From NCBI RefSeq assembly GCF_964355755.1, contig NC_092679.1, positions 3,006,201 through 3,070,200 of the forward strand: a stretch of DNA of 64,000 nt, in the 5' to 3' direction. This stretch comes from Antedon mediterranea (taxonomy: Eukaryota > Animalia > Echinodermata). Positions 12,804 through 27,800 of the stretch are shown in pieces. Both the position numbers and the translations under genes were made by a program. Each line of letters opens with the position of its first letter. Position 1 is the first letter of the stretch. The notes beneath the pieces are model-generated. The model saw only the letters and a list, made by a program, of their open reading frames with translations. It did no database searches and was not told the origin of the DNA.

Positions 12804-15800
12804 TCATCGTTTGTGTTTATGCAAATTAGGTGCTGATACTTTAACTTTTCCTGGTATATTTCTTGATAAATCGGTGTCCTGAAAAAAAGTAAGAAAAATA
12901 TTGAAAATTATGTTCGTGTACACAGTGTTTCTGTAACAGTTTAACCCAAGGAGAAATAATCGTTTAAACAGTTACTGATTACCGTATATTTATTACCAAG
13001 TAAACTCCCATGTTCGAGTATAATCCCATGTTCGCGTATAATCCCATGTTCACGTATAATCCCATGCTCAAGTATAATCCCATGCTCGCGAGTATAATCC
13101 CATGCGTGAGTATAATCCCATGCGTGAGTATAATCCCATGCGTGAGTATAATCCCATCTTCAAATATAATCCCATGTTTGCGAATCCCATCCTCAAGTAT
13201 AATCCCATGCTTGCGAGTATAATCCCATCCTCAAGTATAATCCCATGCGTGAGTATAATCCCATGCGTGAGTATAATCCCATGTGTGAGTATAATCCCAT
13301 CCTCGGGTATAATCCCATCTTCAAATATAATCCCATGCTTGCTAGTATAATCCCATCCTTAAGTATAATCCCATGCGTGAGTATAATCCCATCCTCGAGT
13401 ATAATCCCATCTTCAAATATAATCCCATGCTCGCGAGTATAATCCCATTCTCGAGTATAATCCCATTCTCAAGTATAATCCCATGCGTGAGTACAAACAT
13501 AGTATAATATCACCCACAAGTTTTCTCAAGTTTCATAACTCAGGCCCATGGGACTATACTTGTGTCATATATAATATTATGACTACTGCATCAAATTAAC
13601 AGTATAGTTATTGTCATCTAGCTTATAATTGAAAAAATTTCCTCATACCTTTATACTTCTAAAAAGATCTTTTTCACGAGGAGTTGATTCTTTACTCGAC
13701 TGAAACATATGCATTGCAGTTTTTGCAGCTAAAAGAAAAAAATACCGAATTATAATGCAATTTAATTACTGAAATTAATGTAAAGCTAAATATATTGTAT
13801 TTTGTGTAATTGTGTTAGTGATTAATAAGTTGTTTTATAAAAATCCAAATTGAAAAAGTAAATATGAATATTAAAGTTGTTACCTTTCCCACGCTTCCCT
13901 GTTCCTGGCGTAAGCTTAACTTTGAATCTAAACAAAGAAAAGTAGAGTTTGAAGGGTTAAGCCTTTATGCGACAACAAAATGTGATGTGCCCATATATGG
14001 ACATGATGATGTCATACCATATTACTAGTTTGACTGAATTATACACCTGGCCATATTTTATTTGATATAAACCTGTCTCCATCTACACTATCACCAATTC
14101 CTGTGCTGCCAACTTTAAGCTCTGTCTACACATAAAACTTTATGTGACAAAAAATGTGATGTGCTCATATATGGACATAATGCCATCATATCGATGCCAT
14201 CATATCACTTCCATATATGTGAAATATCACACTTTTTTTGTCAAAATAGTTTAATAGTGTAGACAGCACAGGAATTGGTGATTTTATTCACCTTTTTAAC
14301 TAGAATATAGTAAATGGTATGACTCACTTAAAATGTTGCATTACTGAGTATGGAGCGCAAACAGGCAAAGCAAACAATAGCAGGTCTTCTGAATGAGGTT
14401 GACCAGTTACACTGTCCAGTATTGACCCACTTGCCTAGAAACGAATTAATAAAAAAAAACAGGTATTACGTCAAAATGAACTATTTCTTAAAATACAAAA
14501 TGAGTTCGGTAATATGCGTGCACATAATGTATGAAGTTTTGAAAAGTGGAGGGAGAATTCTGGAAGTTCAAGAATTGGGGAATGTTAAGCTCTGTCTACA
14601 CTATCAAACTAGTTTGACAAAAAAAAGCATGATGTGCCCAAATTTAGCAGTGATATGCCCAAGAATGGTAGTGATATGATCATGTCTATATATGGGCACA
14701 TCACATTTTTTTGTTACATAATGTTTGATAGTGTAAACAGAGCTTCAGTGAAATAGGGTAGGATAGGGTAGGACAGGGTGTGAAAACTAAAATAATAGCA
14801 AGGCTCACAGAGAAAGAGAAACAAACCTCCGAACAATATAATAAGTGTGTAGTAAATTTGTTAAAATTGAAAATAAAATTTCTCATCACCTGAATACTTT
14901 CCTTCTCTTCATCATCTTCGTCGTCGTCCTCAACCTCATCTTTGGCATCTTTCCTCCACGTGTGTGTTGCAACAAATGGTTTCACAACATCCTCCTCTTC
15001 TATTGATAAAAATAAAATTATAAAAATAATGTTACTTTTATTGACCATATGGTTTCCAACCACTGACAAAAAAAAAACTATCTCAGTATATTTAATTTAA
15101 CAAACATAAAAATATAGAACTATAAAATATTATGATTATGGCAGCCGAGAGAGGTCCATTCCAGTAATAATATAAGGGTGTGGGTTGCTATACATCTTGA
15201 AACTACCATGATGGTGTTAGCTTAATGTGGTGATTTTCTCATGGTGGGTGAATAGAGATCAAAGGTCAAGAATATTTACTCTCTAAGCCTCTGTCTACAC
15301 TACTTTGATAGAAAAAGTGTGATGTGCCCATATATGGTAGTAATATGATATCATCGTGTCCATATATGGGCACATCACATTGTTTTATCACATAAAGTTT
15401 GATAGTGTAGACAGAGCTTTACTTCTTAAACGTGATGCCATAATATGTTTCTTCACATACCTTTTTCTAGTGTCTGAATTTCCTCAGGTACAGGCTTAGA
15501 AGGTTCATCCCCTTCTGGTTCCTGAATGCTATCCTGCTTTTTATGTTTTTGGTAATTCTGTTTTTGTTGTTGATATTTCTGCTGTTGTTGAAGTTTCTTT
15601 TTAGCTTTCTTTCCCTTCACTTCTTTTGGGGCACCTGCAGACTTCAATCAAATAATAATTGTATTGTTTAAAGATGTATTGTCCCCAAAAACATGAAACA
15701 TTTTTCCGATCCAATTTAAAACATTTTTTTCAGGGGAACAATATATCTTTAAGGATAACATCAACCCTGTCAGTTTTTACAGAAATTTTTTTAAATAAAT

Positions 15801-18800
15801 AAATAATTACAGCAAGTAACTCCATTTTCAACTTCCTTTCCTCCTCATCTTGATCCTGATACTTTGCTTTCATCTTCTTTTGTTTCGCCTGAATTAAAAA
15901 AAAAAAATTAGATTTAAAATGTTTTACTACTACTTTAGAAAGATTTTACTGGAAAATTTTTTTTGTTTAAATTCAGAAAAAAGATCCAAATCAGAATGTT
16001 TGAACAGATGGCAAGCTTTTTTTAAAACATAATCAGGGAAAAGAGAAATTAAAGAGTGAAATTAAAAGAGTGAAATTAAAAGAGTGTAATTAAAAGAATG
16101 AAATTAAAAAAGTGTAATTAAAAGAGTGAAATTAAAAGAATGTAATTATAGAGTGTAAAATGTTTGAACAGATGGGAATCTTCTTTTAAACATTCAGGGA
16201 AGAATAAAATTAAAGATTGAAATTTTACTCTTCACTAGCACGCAATTGTGAAAATAAAACAATTACATAACCTTTTGACCTCTCTTCACTGGTTCTTGCT
16301 GCTGCACTTGCTGAAATATAAATTAATAATAAATGAAAAGTCACCAATAATTACAACATAATGATTAATAAAATTAATAAATAGAAGTGAATGATGGAAC
16401 AAATGTGACAAGATTTAGTCATACTTTTTGCGCTTTCTTTTTGTTTGACGGTTCAACTTTGACCTCTGGTTGTACATCCTCAACATCTTCAACTGTAGTA
16501 TCTTTTTGAGCTTTTTTCTTAAGATCCCTAAAATAAATCAAGATATACACGAGTTTAATTTGATCCATCACTAGTTACTGTAATATGGATTATATATACT
16601 GTAGTCCTTTTTACTATAAATAATACAGACAATGGCACAGACTGGTCTTGAACCCATGCTAAATGCATTCTAGCTTAGAAACTTACCTCGTTTTATTTAT
16701 TTATTCTATACACAATGTACTAAAATTGTTATAAAACCTTTATTAAAGTATTTAAAATAAAGAATACCTTCGTTGCTTAGCAGACAATCTCTGTTTCGTT
16801 TTCTGTTCCTAGAAAGAGAAAGTCATTGATACCAAATACATCAGATAAGTAAGAGAATGCTCTTCTTAAGCTCTGTTCACACTATCAAAACTAGTTTGAC
16901 AAAGTGTGATATGCCCAAATATGGTAGTGATAATATGATGTCATTGTGTCCACATATGGGCACATCACATTTTGTTGTCACATAAAGTTTGATAGTGTAA
17001 ACAGAGCTTTAGTTCAGTAGCTACCATCAATTTAATTAGTAATTGTTCAAATATTGACTAACCTCTTCAGTTAATTTCTTTCCAAGAACGATTGGCTGAT
17101 TATCACCAAGGTAGATGACATTGTTCTCATCATCGTATTCATCGTCAACACCGGTAAAATGTTGACTACTGGTGCTAAGAACGCTAGAACCTCTGGTACG
17201 CTGCAGCTCGTATCTAACAAACGAAATCACAATTCCAAATAAGTTTACATCCGAAAGGATTTTATTTAGTTTGTTTAAATAATTTATCAAAATTAGTTGA
17301 TTATCTGTACTGTAGCAGTATCATAGGTAAATTCTGTGATACAGCATCACATGTGAAACACATGTATCATAGACCATAACCTGACCTTTAACATAACCTA
17401 CAATGCTGTATTACAAAATTTGCCAAAATAAATATTGCCATGTATAAATACAGCACTAAGTGTCTATACTTGGCCGTATCTTTGCACATACACAATTATA
17501 GTAAACAGTATGATTCTCTTAAAATTAACCTAACCACTATGGTGTATTACGAAATTTGCCTAACCAAATATTGTCATGTAGAATTACAGCACTATTAAGT
17601 ATTAAAATATTTTTAATTTACTTTTCTCCTTGGATGTGTTGAACTTGAATAGATGTGTCAGGAAATAAAGATTCTCCATCACTCTCACTACTCTCTTCTT
17701 TTAACTCTTCCATGTTGTCTGTTTGTTCCTCCTCTTTATCATTCATTTTCTCCTCCTCAACATTCTCATCTTCGTCCTCCTTGCTTTTGACATCATCATC
17801 ATCATCTTCAATATCTGATGGGAGTTTTAATTCCTCCTCATCAGCAGTACTCTCAGTCTGAATTGAAAAAAAAAACAACTACAGATTAGGCCGAATAAAA
17901 AGAAGAATTTTTCTTGTTAAAAAATGTTTACGACTATTGACTGTTGATTTTATTTAAATTTTGAAAACCAGATGTTCCTACGATATTTGGTCAAAACAAT
18001 GTTGGACTAAAAATGTCGATGAATTAAAATAAAAAATAAAAAATTAATGAATTAAATGGAGTTAAAGTTTCGACTTTTTCACTCCTGAGGACGATCAAAG
18101 TATATTGATCGAAACGTCGAGAAACTCAACAGTTCTTTTCAGAACTAATACACGTGGTGTACCGCAAACTTTATATCAACAGTTTCGACTTAACAAGATT
18201 ATTCAACAAGACTGACATGATTTAACAAATAAGGTTTGGGTACTGTACATACTGCAATACTTTCTTCATCTTCCGCACATCGAATCTTCCTTTCATTTTT
18301 ATGCCGGAATACGGACGACTCATCTACCTAAAAAAGAGGAAAATTTTTTAATCTTTAATTTAAAGTAAATTTGAATTTGAAGTTTTTAATATTTAGATGC
18401 CAAATTCAGATTCTGCAATTTCTATTTACCTCTTAACTTTACTTTTACCTTTATGTTCTTAAAATCTCTAGTACCATAAGCTGAGACTCAACTTTCAAAT
18501 AAAAAAATAAAATTCTTTACCTTAAACATAATTCCAAATCCCATTAATAGATGCGTCGGTGGCAAATAGTTTTTTTTACCTACACACAAATAGATATGTA
18601 TATAAATTATAATCATGAAAAAATAAATGTAAAGAATCTGGCTTAAAAAATATTAAAATTCTGCCACATAGTAACTGAATTAATTATTGATTAAATTAAT
18701 GAACTAGAAAGCCACTCCGAGAGTGCATACCTCCGCCTACTGTAAAATTCTCCTACATAAGATTTCTCCGGGAAAAAATATATATATATTTGTGTGTCTT

Positions 18801-21800
18801 AATGCTGTGATTTAGGCTAATTTCACTACAAGCATGTGCGAGTTTGGTGTAAAGGTTATGTAACCCGCCTTTCAACTAACAATAGTTTCAGCCAACAGAA
18901 CAGAAACGTGAACATCAAACGAGCGAATTTGAAAAGAAATAAGGTTTTAAAACTACTCGCATCAAAAAACGTGCACATTAAATCAAATTATGTTTCAAAA
19001 TTACAAATCACAAATTATCACTCTTGCCCCTTGTAAAAAAATGAAGTTTTTTGGACAAGTAGTTTTCGAGAAAATGCAATTTCAGTTTACTTGTTACTTT
19101 AAGATTGCTCACGGGCTTTTGAAAAATTCTGTCCTATCTTTTAACACTAGCAGGTCTGAAAAGTATACTCAAAAAGTGGTCCAGAATTAGGACCAGGGTC
19201 CCAAATGGTCCTAAAATTTAATGGAATGGTAATTGACCACATATCTATCTGTATATTCATTTTGGTAAAGATCTTGTAATAACTTTTTGAGTAATCCTGC
19301 TAACAAACAAACAAACAAACATACAAACACACGCTACCGATTACATATACCTCCTTGGCGGAGGTAAATTACTAGAATGAAATTAATAAATGAAAATAAC
19401 TCACCCCTGACCATAAAACTACCAGTTGTTAGGTACTCGCCTGTTGGTGCAGTCTTGGAGACCTGACAAATAAAAAGATCTAAATAACAAGTTGTGTAGA
19501 TTCCCTTTCACTCAAGACTAAAGTCCTAGAGGCTTCAGGTTGAAATTAATTCAATTGATTATACATATTGGTATGTAAACTTCTAAACGCCTTTTTTTTA
19601 AATTTAGAATAGAATTTCTTTACTGTTAGCCTACCTGATCATGCTTAACCCACCAGGCACTTGTTACCACTCTAGCCTCCCAGGCCACACTGTAACAAAT
19701 AGCCATCACGCCAGCTTCCTGAAGGGTCTTTGGTGGAACAGGCTGACCTACAAACAAAATTCAATAAAATATACTAGGCAATGGGTAATGATTTTAATCT
19801 ATCACATCAGTAACCAGTTTGCTAGCCTAAACATTGCAGTCTAAATACAAAATAATGAATAAGTATAACTCACCAGTTGTGTTTTTAATGATGACACTAC
19901 TAGCGCCATGCAGGTCTGCATGGACATAGATGTCACCAGCATTTAGATATTTCTTAACAACCAGTTCATTTTGCTGTTGATCTCTTCCAGCTATTACCAG
20001 AAAGTTCTCAGAACTTATAAACCAATAAAATTTTTCAAACCTGAAAAAGATAGGAAATACAGTCATGCCCATATTGTTGTCAACTTCCAAAAACGAAACT
20101 TTCGCACCAGTCAAAATGTTATCCTGGTCTGGAAATTCTGATATTTAGTAACACACTTCCTTTGTGAGACCTCTATTAAGTGCCACTTCTATTAAGGGAC
20201 ACTTCTTATAAGAGAAACTTCTATTAAGGGACACTTCTATTAAGAAGGCACTTCTATTAAGGGACACCTCTTTTAAGGAGACACTTTGTTGTGTCCCCTT
20301 AATAGGGGTTGTACTGTATGAATGAATTTTGATATTATTATATTATGTCATTTATACTACAACACATAGATCCTAAATGTGGTATGTATACACTTTATTG
20401 ACTGGAATCTATATTAAATTTTCTTACCAGTATGTTTTCCTTGCTTTTTTAATACTAGTGACTGTGGCAACTTCTTTTAAAGCTTTCTTTGTTTTTCTTT
20501 CTGCTGATTTGATAGCCTAGAGGAACAAAACCGATACTTTTTTTAAATGTTATTTCTGAAAAGAACTGTTGATTTTTTCGAAGCTTCGATCAATATGCTT
20601 TGATCGTCCTCAGGTGGCCAAAAAAAAATCCCTGTACACTCAACAGTTCTTTTCAGAACTGATATACGTGGTGCACCGCAAACTTTATATTAACACTTGA
20701 TTTTGCCATGCAAACCTTTATACCATAAAATGTTATTAAATATATTTGTTTATTAATTCTTTAGAATGCCCAATAAAACAAAGAGTGCGAGAATATTTAT
20801 AATAATATCGAACAAACATTTATAAAGCGATCTTTACCGCAGTCTCACAGTGCAATATGAAAAGAATAGCTATTGAAATAGATTTTCAGGAGAGTTTTGA
20901 ATTGAAAAGGGGATGGAGTGTAACGGATGGAATGAGGAAGTTGGTTTAAGAGCTCTGTTGCCTAAGCAAAGCCCTTAGGCACGGATTTAAGGTTTTAGGT
21001 GGTGTTAACATAAGAGGAAAATGGGATATTGCTCCTACAAAAAGCACTATACATGTCATTTAACAAGGAAATGGTTTTATAGGACCACATTGGTTATATA
21101 GAGCCACATTTCTTATATTCATTTTATACATAAAATAGCAAATAATAAATTCAAATTTCAAACCTTGCTAGATGATTCAAGTGTTCTTGTTTCTTTCATT
21201 TTGGAATGTTTCTTCAGATCAAAATATCTACAAACATCAATATATTGTTTTGATGATATATTTCAATTTATTTATTCTCATAAGATACATTATAATATTT
21301 AATAACAAAAAGTGAAGTTTAAAAAAAGTAGAATGCTGGAGAAACTTAAATAAGCCCAGAGAGAAATATATATATATATAAGTCAAAAATTCTAAATTTT
21401 AATTTATATTCACATCCAACATCCAAAGGCCAATGACAGGATGTCTTAAAAGACACAATATAAATATATATTTAAACAAGAAATATTTCTTACAAAAAAC
21501 GCTGCTCGCTTATTGAAAAATATTTTTTATTTCAAATGTTTTTGAATGTGTCATTTTATTGTCACATAATAGATAGTTATTTTACCTGAACAAATGTAAT
21601 TTAAAGCAACAAATACTTAAATTGTCTGTCAGACAATGGTTTTTGGGTTTCTTTTCATTTTTTATATGTGAATAAATATTACTTTTTTGTTACAGAAGTG
21701 AATACTCAATTTCTGTCACTTTAGTTAATTTTATTGCTAAGGTCAAATCTGGGGGTCACTTCATCACCCTAGATATTTCAATTGTGAAGTATCCTATTAC

Positions 21801-24800
21801 AAACACAAACTTTAATGGACTGTTTCGATAATAATGAATATCTGACAGTGAATATATAGGGATTTGTAATTTTAGCATGACATGTCCTAATAGACTCTTT
21901 CCCAGCCGTTTTTTGGGTCTACTGTAGCAGCTGGAATCAATAAATCATAGTGGAGTTTCCATTTTCACAAAACTGTCTGTCCTTAGAACTATAACTGCTG
22001 CTTGCTTTAGCTTCTGATTGAGTAGTCCTAATGGGACGTAGCGGGCTAGAGCAGCAGCGTGAAAAAGACAGAAACAACAACAACAACAACAATAAAAAGA
22101 CGAAAAACAACAGGGAGAGAGAACACAAAAATACAAGGCAGGACACAAAAATATTAAAAAAAATAAAAATAAAAAAAATAAAAATATTAGTGTCAGTTTA
22201 GTGAAAAAAACAATTTCTAACTAATATAATTATCATTGCTTACTTACTTGCGTGCGTTTGCGTAAGCTGACAGACCCAGGTCAACATCTATCTTCATTGG
22301 TTTACTGTTCTCAGATTTCTTATCTTTTTTTTCTTTATCTTCATCCTCATCATCTTCAATGATCTCAAATGGATCTCTACGAGATAAATGTATAATATAT
22401 TGTAGATGGAGAAGTATTCTTTATATTTAAGCTTAGAGTTTGTGAATTTTCTTTTTCTGTTTGTAAGTTTTTTGATATGGATGAAATATTTCTGAAATAA
22501 AATTGATTGATGCTTAGAGATGTTGTGTATGCAGTATATATTTAGTATATTCATATGTAGTTCTTTGATTATAAACCAGTATACAATTTAACTTATGTTT
22601 CAAGACAGTTTCATCTAGAATATATCTATACGAATGTGATATAATTACTGCAGTAATTGCAGTAAATAAATTTAACCTTATATCTAAAAAGCATTACCTT
22701 ACTGACATTGTGATATGATTGGTATCAAGCTTAATGTTTTTATATATTTATATGCATGTGATATAATTACTGCAGTAATTGCAGTACATAAATTTAACAT
22801 TATATCTGACAAGCATTACCTTAGTGACATTGTGATATGATTGGTGTCAAGCTTAATGTTTTTAATTGCCATGGCAACAGGATCACCTTGAATTTGCGCT
22901 TCGTTGATAATACCCTTAATTTCCGTCCAGTCAATCTGATTGGCTATTGCGCTACGTACAATCTGAATTGCCTGGTCAACCTATCAAACACAAAAAACAC
23001 ATTACTATTCGTTCTAGGCAACATGTAATCGAAAACCGACCGGTTATACTATAGGATGTGATTGGACATTGCCACAAATAGAAATAGTTAGTCGTTATGA
23101 TTTTTAATTCACCTGAAGCTCTGTACACACTACCAAACTTTATGTGACAAAAAAATGTGATGTGCACATATATGGACATGATGATGTCATATCACTACCA
23201 TATTTGGGCATATCGGTACCATATTTGGGCATATCGGTACCATATTTGGGCATATCACTACCATATTTGGGCACATCACATATTTTACTTACTAATGTTA
23301 GATTGACTTCTATCAACTCTGCTTTCCTTTTATCGGCTTCCTGCAAGATAAAAGAACAGATTTGTTTTTGGAAAGACTTTTTAAGTACGTAACAAATAAA
23401 ATAATGATGAATAAACATTTCATTTCAATTTTTAAATATGACTTCAATTAATGATATATTTATTTTTTTTTTATTTTATGTCTTTAGGCAATGTGGCCAA
23501 GGATTACCAATAGTGAATTAATCACTGTCCTATCAGATAGGTGGTAATCCCCCTGATACAGGGGCTATTTTGTGAACCAGTTCACCGGGGTAACCCCCTA
23601 CTCTTTTTCGAATAATGAACTGGGTTTCTTTAAAGTACACACAGGTTATAACTGTGTACACTGGACCTACGGTTTATAGTCCTTATCCGAGAAGACTTGT
23701 TCCACCACCAGAACTAGGAGCGAGTCGGCCTCGAACCCTTGCCGATATATATATATGTGTTTTAACCGTTTTTGATTGAAAATAGTGTTATTTTCTTCAT
23801 TCTCTTCTGAACTAATGCTGTTTACTTAGTGATTATAACTCCCTTAAGGGTCTTCCACAATTGTTCCAGCACGGTTCTGGTCCAATGACGGAAACGCCCA
23901 TCAAACGTCAATGTTTCTTTTTCACGTTTTTCATATCGATTGGCGCATAGCCGCGTGGAGCGTCGTGAAAACAAAACATCCGTGCCGGAACAGGTGTGAA
24001 AGACCCTATACACAAGTAGATAATGCGAAATGGTATTACCTGGTTTGTTTGTAACTGTGCTATTCGTTTGTCATGATCTTTCTTGACATTATCAAGTTTT
24101 TTAAAAGCTGCTCGCTCCTACATAAAAAAAAATGTTATAGTTATTAAAGGCAACATTAGAATCTCTAAAGCACACTTCAATTATAATAAAAATAAATTAA
24201 AGATGTATTGTCCCCAAAAACATGAAAAATGAAGAACTTTAAATAGGCCATTTTGCAGTAAAAAAATAAAATAATTATTTTACTTGAAGATATTTTTTAA
24301 AGGTAAATAATTTTTTCTCCAGTTTTTGGTCAAAGTGAATAACTATTATGTGACATTAAAATGGCATATTCAACAAAAAATTGGAAAAAAAGAATTTTTT
24401 AAGGGGACAATGTACCTTTAATATTTGTTTATTTTTACAATTTGTACTTACCTGTTGTAGTGCTTTCATATCTAGTTTTTGACTGCCAATCTTGGAGTAA
24501 AAGTCATCTACAGCCTGGAAAATTTACATACAAAATGTTTAAAAAAATTGACTGGATTCAAAAAAGTGGTTGGATAGCATAGTGCTAAACTGACCCAACA
24601 TTATACAGCAAGTTACTGTTATGTTTGTAAACATATTATATATTATATAACACCTAAATAAATTCCTGTCATTTGATTGGACGATTGTGGGTCACATGGC
24701 GTGCAATAGTACGCACTATTCAACGATCGTTAAATAGTACTTTTTGAAACATTTTTGTGTACAAAAAAAAAAACGTCTCGCGGATGAAAAAAAATCTAGT

Positions 24801-27800
24801 ACACAAATTATCCTATGATATGGCTATGTACTGTGAAATACAACAGCGCCACCTGTCGTCTGGTCTCAGTTTCATTTGTAAACACCACCGCGAGATATGC
24901 AACAGCAGCAGATATTTGTGTACGATTGATTCAAATAACTAGAATTTATTTAGATGTTATATAAAACAAATAATGAATGTTTTGTATTCGTGTAATGGTA
25001 CAAATAATGGCACTTGGTGAATGATGAAAGGTTATATCAACTCGGCTTTGCCTCGTTGATATAACCTTTCATCATTCACCTCGTGCCATTATTTGTACCA
25101 TTACACTCATAAACATTCATTATTTGTATAATATTCTTACCTGGTCAAAAGTATCAAATTTTAAGTAAGAAAGTTGTTCATGTTGACGATACAGAAAGGG
25201 ATGATATTCTGAATATCTGTAAAATATATCAATATAGTTTTTCTTTTCTTTATATATAATTCAAATTCAATCTACCTTGTTTAGGTAGCACCTTATTAAT
25301 TTATATTTTGTAATTGTTTATGAAAGATGAAAGAAAGGAAATAAATGTTTACGTTGAATTGAATTAACTTTTCATTTATGTATATCACAGAAAGACATTC
25401 ACAAATCTTGAATTCTAAATTTTGATGATGCATAAAGAATGTTACAAATATTTTGATAATATACTTACGTTACAATGGAAGAGTCTTGACCCTCTGAGGA
25501 GGCAGGCTTCTTTTCTACCTTTTGTATTATGTATCCCTGACAAAAAATAAAGATATAAATTTAAGAAAACTGTGTCAACTGATGGTTTCAAACAACTGTC
25601 CCACTGTAAGGTAAGCTTTGTTCACACTAGGACGCAACATATGAACGTAAGCCGCAATGCAAGCGAATCGACTAATCGAAAGCGAGGATTATTGCAACTG
25701 TTGCTTGTGATTGGTCAATTTGTTTTCTTTGCAGCTTACGTTCTTGTGTTGGGGCTTACATTCTTACGTTGCGTCCTAGTGAAAACCAAGTTTAAGTAAA
25801 TAGCTAGGCTAGTCCAGGGTGGTTTTACTAGATACTGAATCCTGGGCTAAACCACTACATATTTATTTATTTTTTTTTTATTTTATGTCTTTTAGGCAAT
25901 GTGGCCAAGGATTTCCAATAGTAAATTAATCACTGTCCTATCAGATAGATAGTAATCCCCCTGATACAGGGGCTATTGTGTGAACCAGTTCACCGGGGTA
26001 ACCCCCTACACTTTTTGAATAATGAACTGGTGCACACAGGTTATAACTGTGTACACTGGATCTACGGTTTATAGTCCTTATCTGAAAAGACTTGTTCCAC
26101 CACCAGAACTAGGAGCGAGTCGGGCTCGAACCCTTGCCGACGTTGTTGGTACGGTAAACGGCGCCCCTGCTTTAACCGCTCGGCCATTTGACTAGCATAT
26201 GTATGCATTTACCTTTTGTTTTACTGTTCCTCCACTATGCATCATTTGTTCTGCTTCCTTAAGAGCTTCCATTAATCTAGGTAAATCTTTTAAATAACAA
26301 TCAAAAACAAAACAAAAGTTATATGCTAATAATATACAAACAAATACTAGTAAAGCTATAAAGTAAAGATTTTAAAAACAAAAAAATTGATAAAAATACA
26401 TAAGTATGAAATGGAAAAGATGACAAAAAAAAGAAAAAAAACATGATCAGGGTATACCATAATTGATAGTCGAAGAAAAAACTGTTGTGACACTGTCATG
26501 TGACACTACTACTCGCTGTGAGAGAGGTGAACAAATTCAACACAAAACAAAAACATTTCCCATCATACTGACCTTCATTTACATTAAACCCTTGACCTAT
26601 CTTGACATTGTCCATGAACCCTTGACCTCTCAGACAATGGTCAATAAGAGCAGGACCATAAACTAATGGAAAATAAAATTTAAATAAAAATGTTTTGAAC
26701 TACAAATTAAAAAAGAAAAAAATGTAAAATATATATAATACAGGAGTGGAGTTGTGGCGTGGTGGTTATGATGCTTGGCTACCAATCCAAGGGTCCTGTG
26801 AGGTCAGGTTTTTTCTAATGACAAATTACAACTCCACTCCCAAAGACTTGTAATAAGACTTTGTTTATGTAGAGCATCTTGTGTATATGTTTGTCTTGTG
26901 AACTGGATTGCCAACTTTAGGAAGGATAGTGAATGAATTGGCTTATGACTATCCTTGGCAATTTGTCTAAATATATAAAAATACAAAACAGCATCACTTA
27001 CCAAAGTTTGGATTTAAAACCCTTTTAACTACTTCACCAGATTTGGCCCCAGATAGCAGATCCTGTAACCTGGTTAAAAAGTAGTGGTAGAGAAAGTGTG
27101 AATACACATATAAAGCTCTGTTTACACTTTCAAACTTTATGTGACAAAGAAATGTGATGTGCCTATATATGGACATTATGATGTCATATCACTACCATAT
27201 TTAGGCATATCACTACCATATTTAGGCATATCACTACCATATTTAGGCATATCACTACCATATTTAGGCATATCACTGCCATATTTAAGCCCATCACTAC
27301 TACACACTACTTTTTTTGTCAAACTAGTTTGATAGTGTATACACAGCGTTAAGAGAAATTTGTTTATATATTAACACAGTAATAGATATATCCAGAACAT
27401 TTACCTTCCAACTTCCATAAGAGGCTGAGGCGTTTTAACAGTCTCAATTGGATATTTTTCACGAACAGCAAACCTTACATCATCGCCCTCTTTTCTCGTT
27501 CGTAGCAACGACAGAATGTTAAACTCAAAATCTGTTAGAATGACATTTCCCTAATAATTGAAACAAATTTATTTTGATAAATTAGTCATTGGCCGTTCTA
27601 CGTTCACAACTCAATTATGGTTGATAATGCACAGACAGCTTACAAAGTCTCTTTAATCTAAAGATCTATTGTCCCCCTGAAAAATGATTTTATTGCCACA
27701 CAATAGTTATTCACTTTGACCAAAAATTGGATTGAAAAAAAAATTGGCTACCAGCCAATGGGTTTTTGTTTGAATTTAAACATTTATTTTGTCATTTTAT

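Noticed and set aside
13004-13493. CRISPR-like array or repeat protein (EYNPM / SIIP ORFs)
   Set aside because: Contiguous 18-bp units with no unique spacers and no cas genes, in a eukaryotic intron. The ORFs are artefacts of a unit length divisible by three.
23140-23418. Recurring peptides PKYGSDM / ISLPYLG / KLCLHYQT in many ORFs, suggesting a gene family
   Set aside because: They are translations of the 21-bp core and TIR of the Harbinger MITE.
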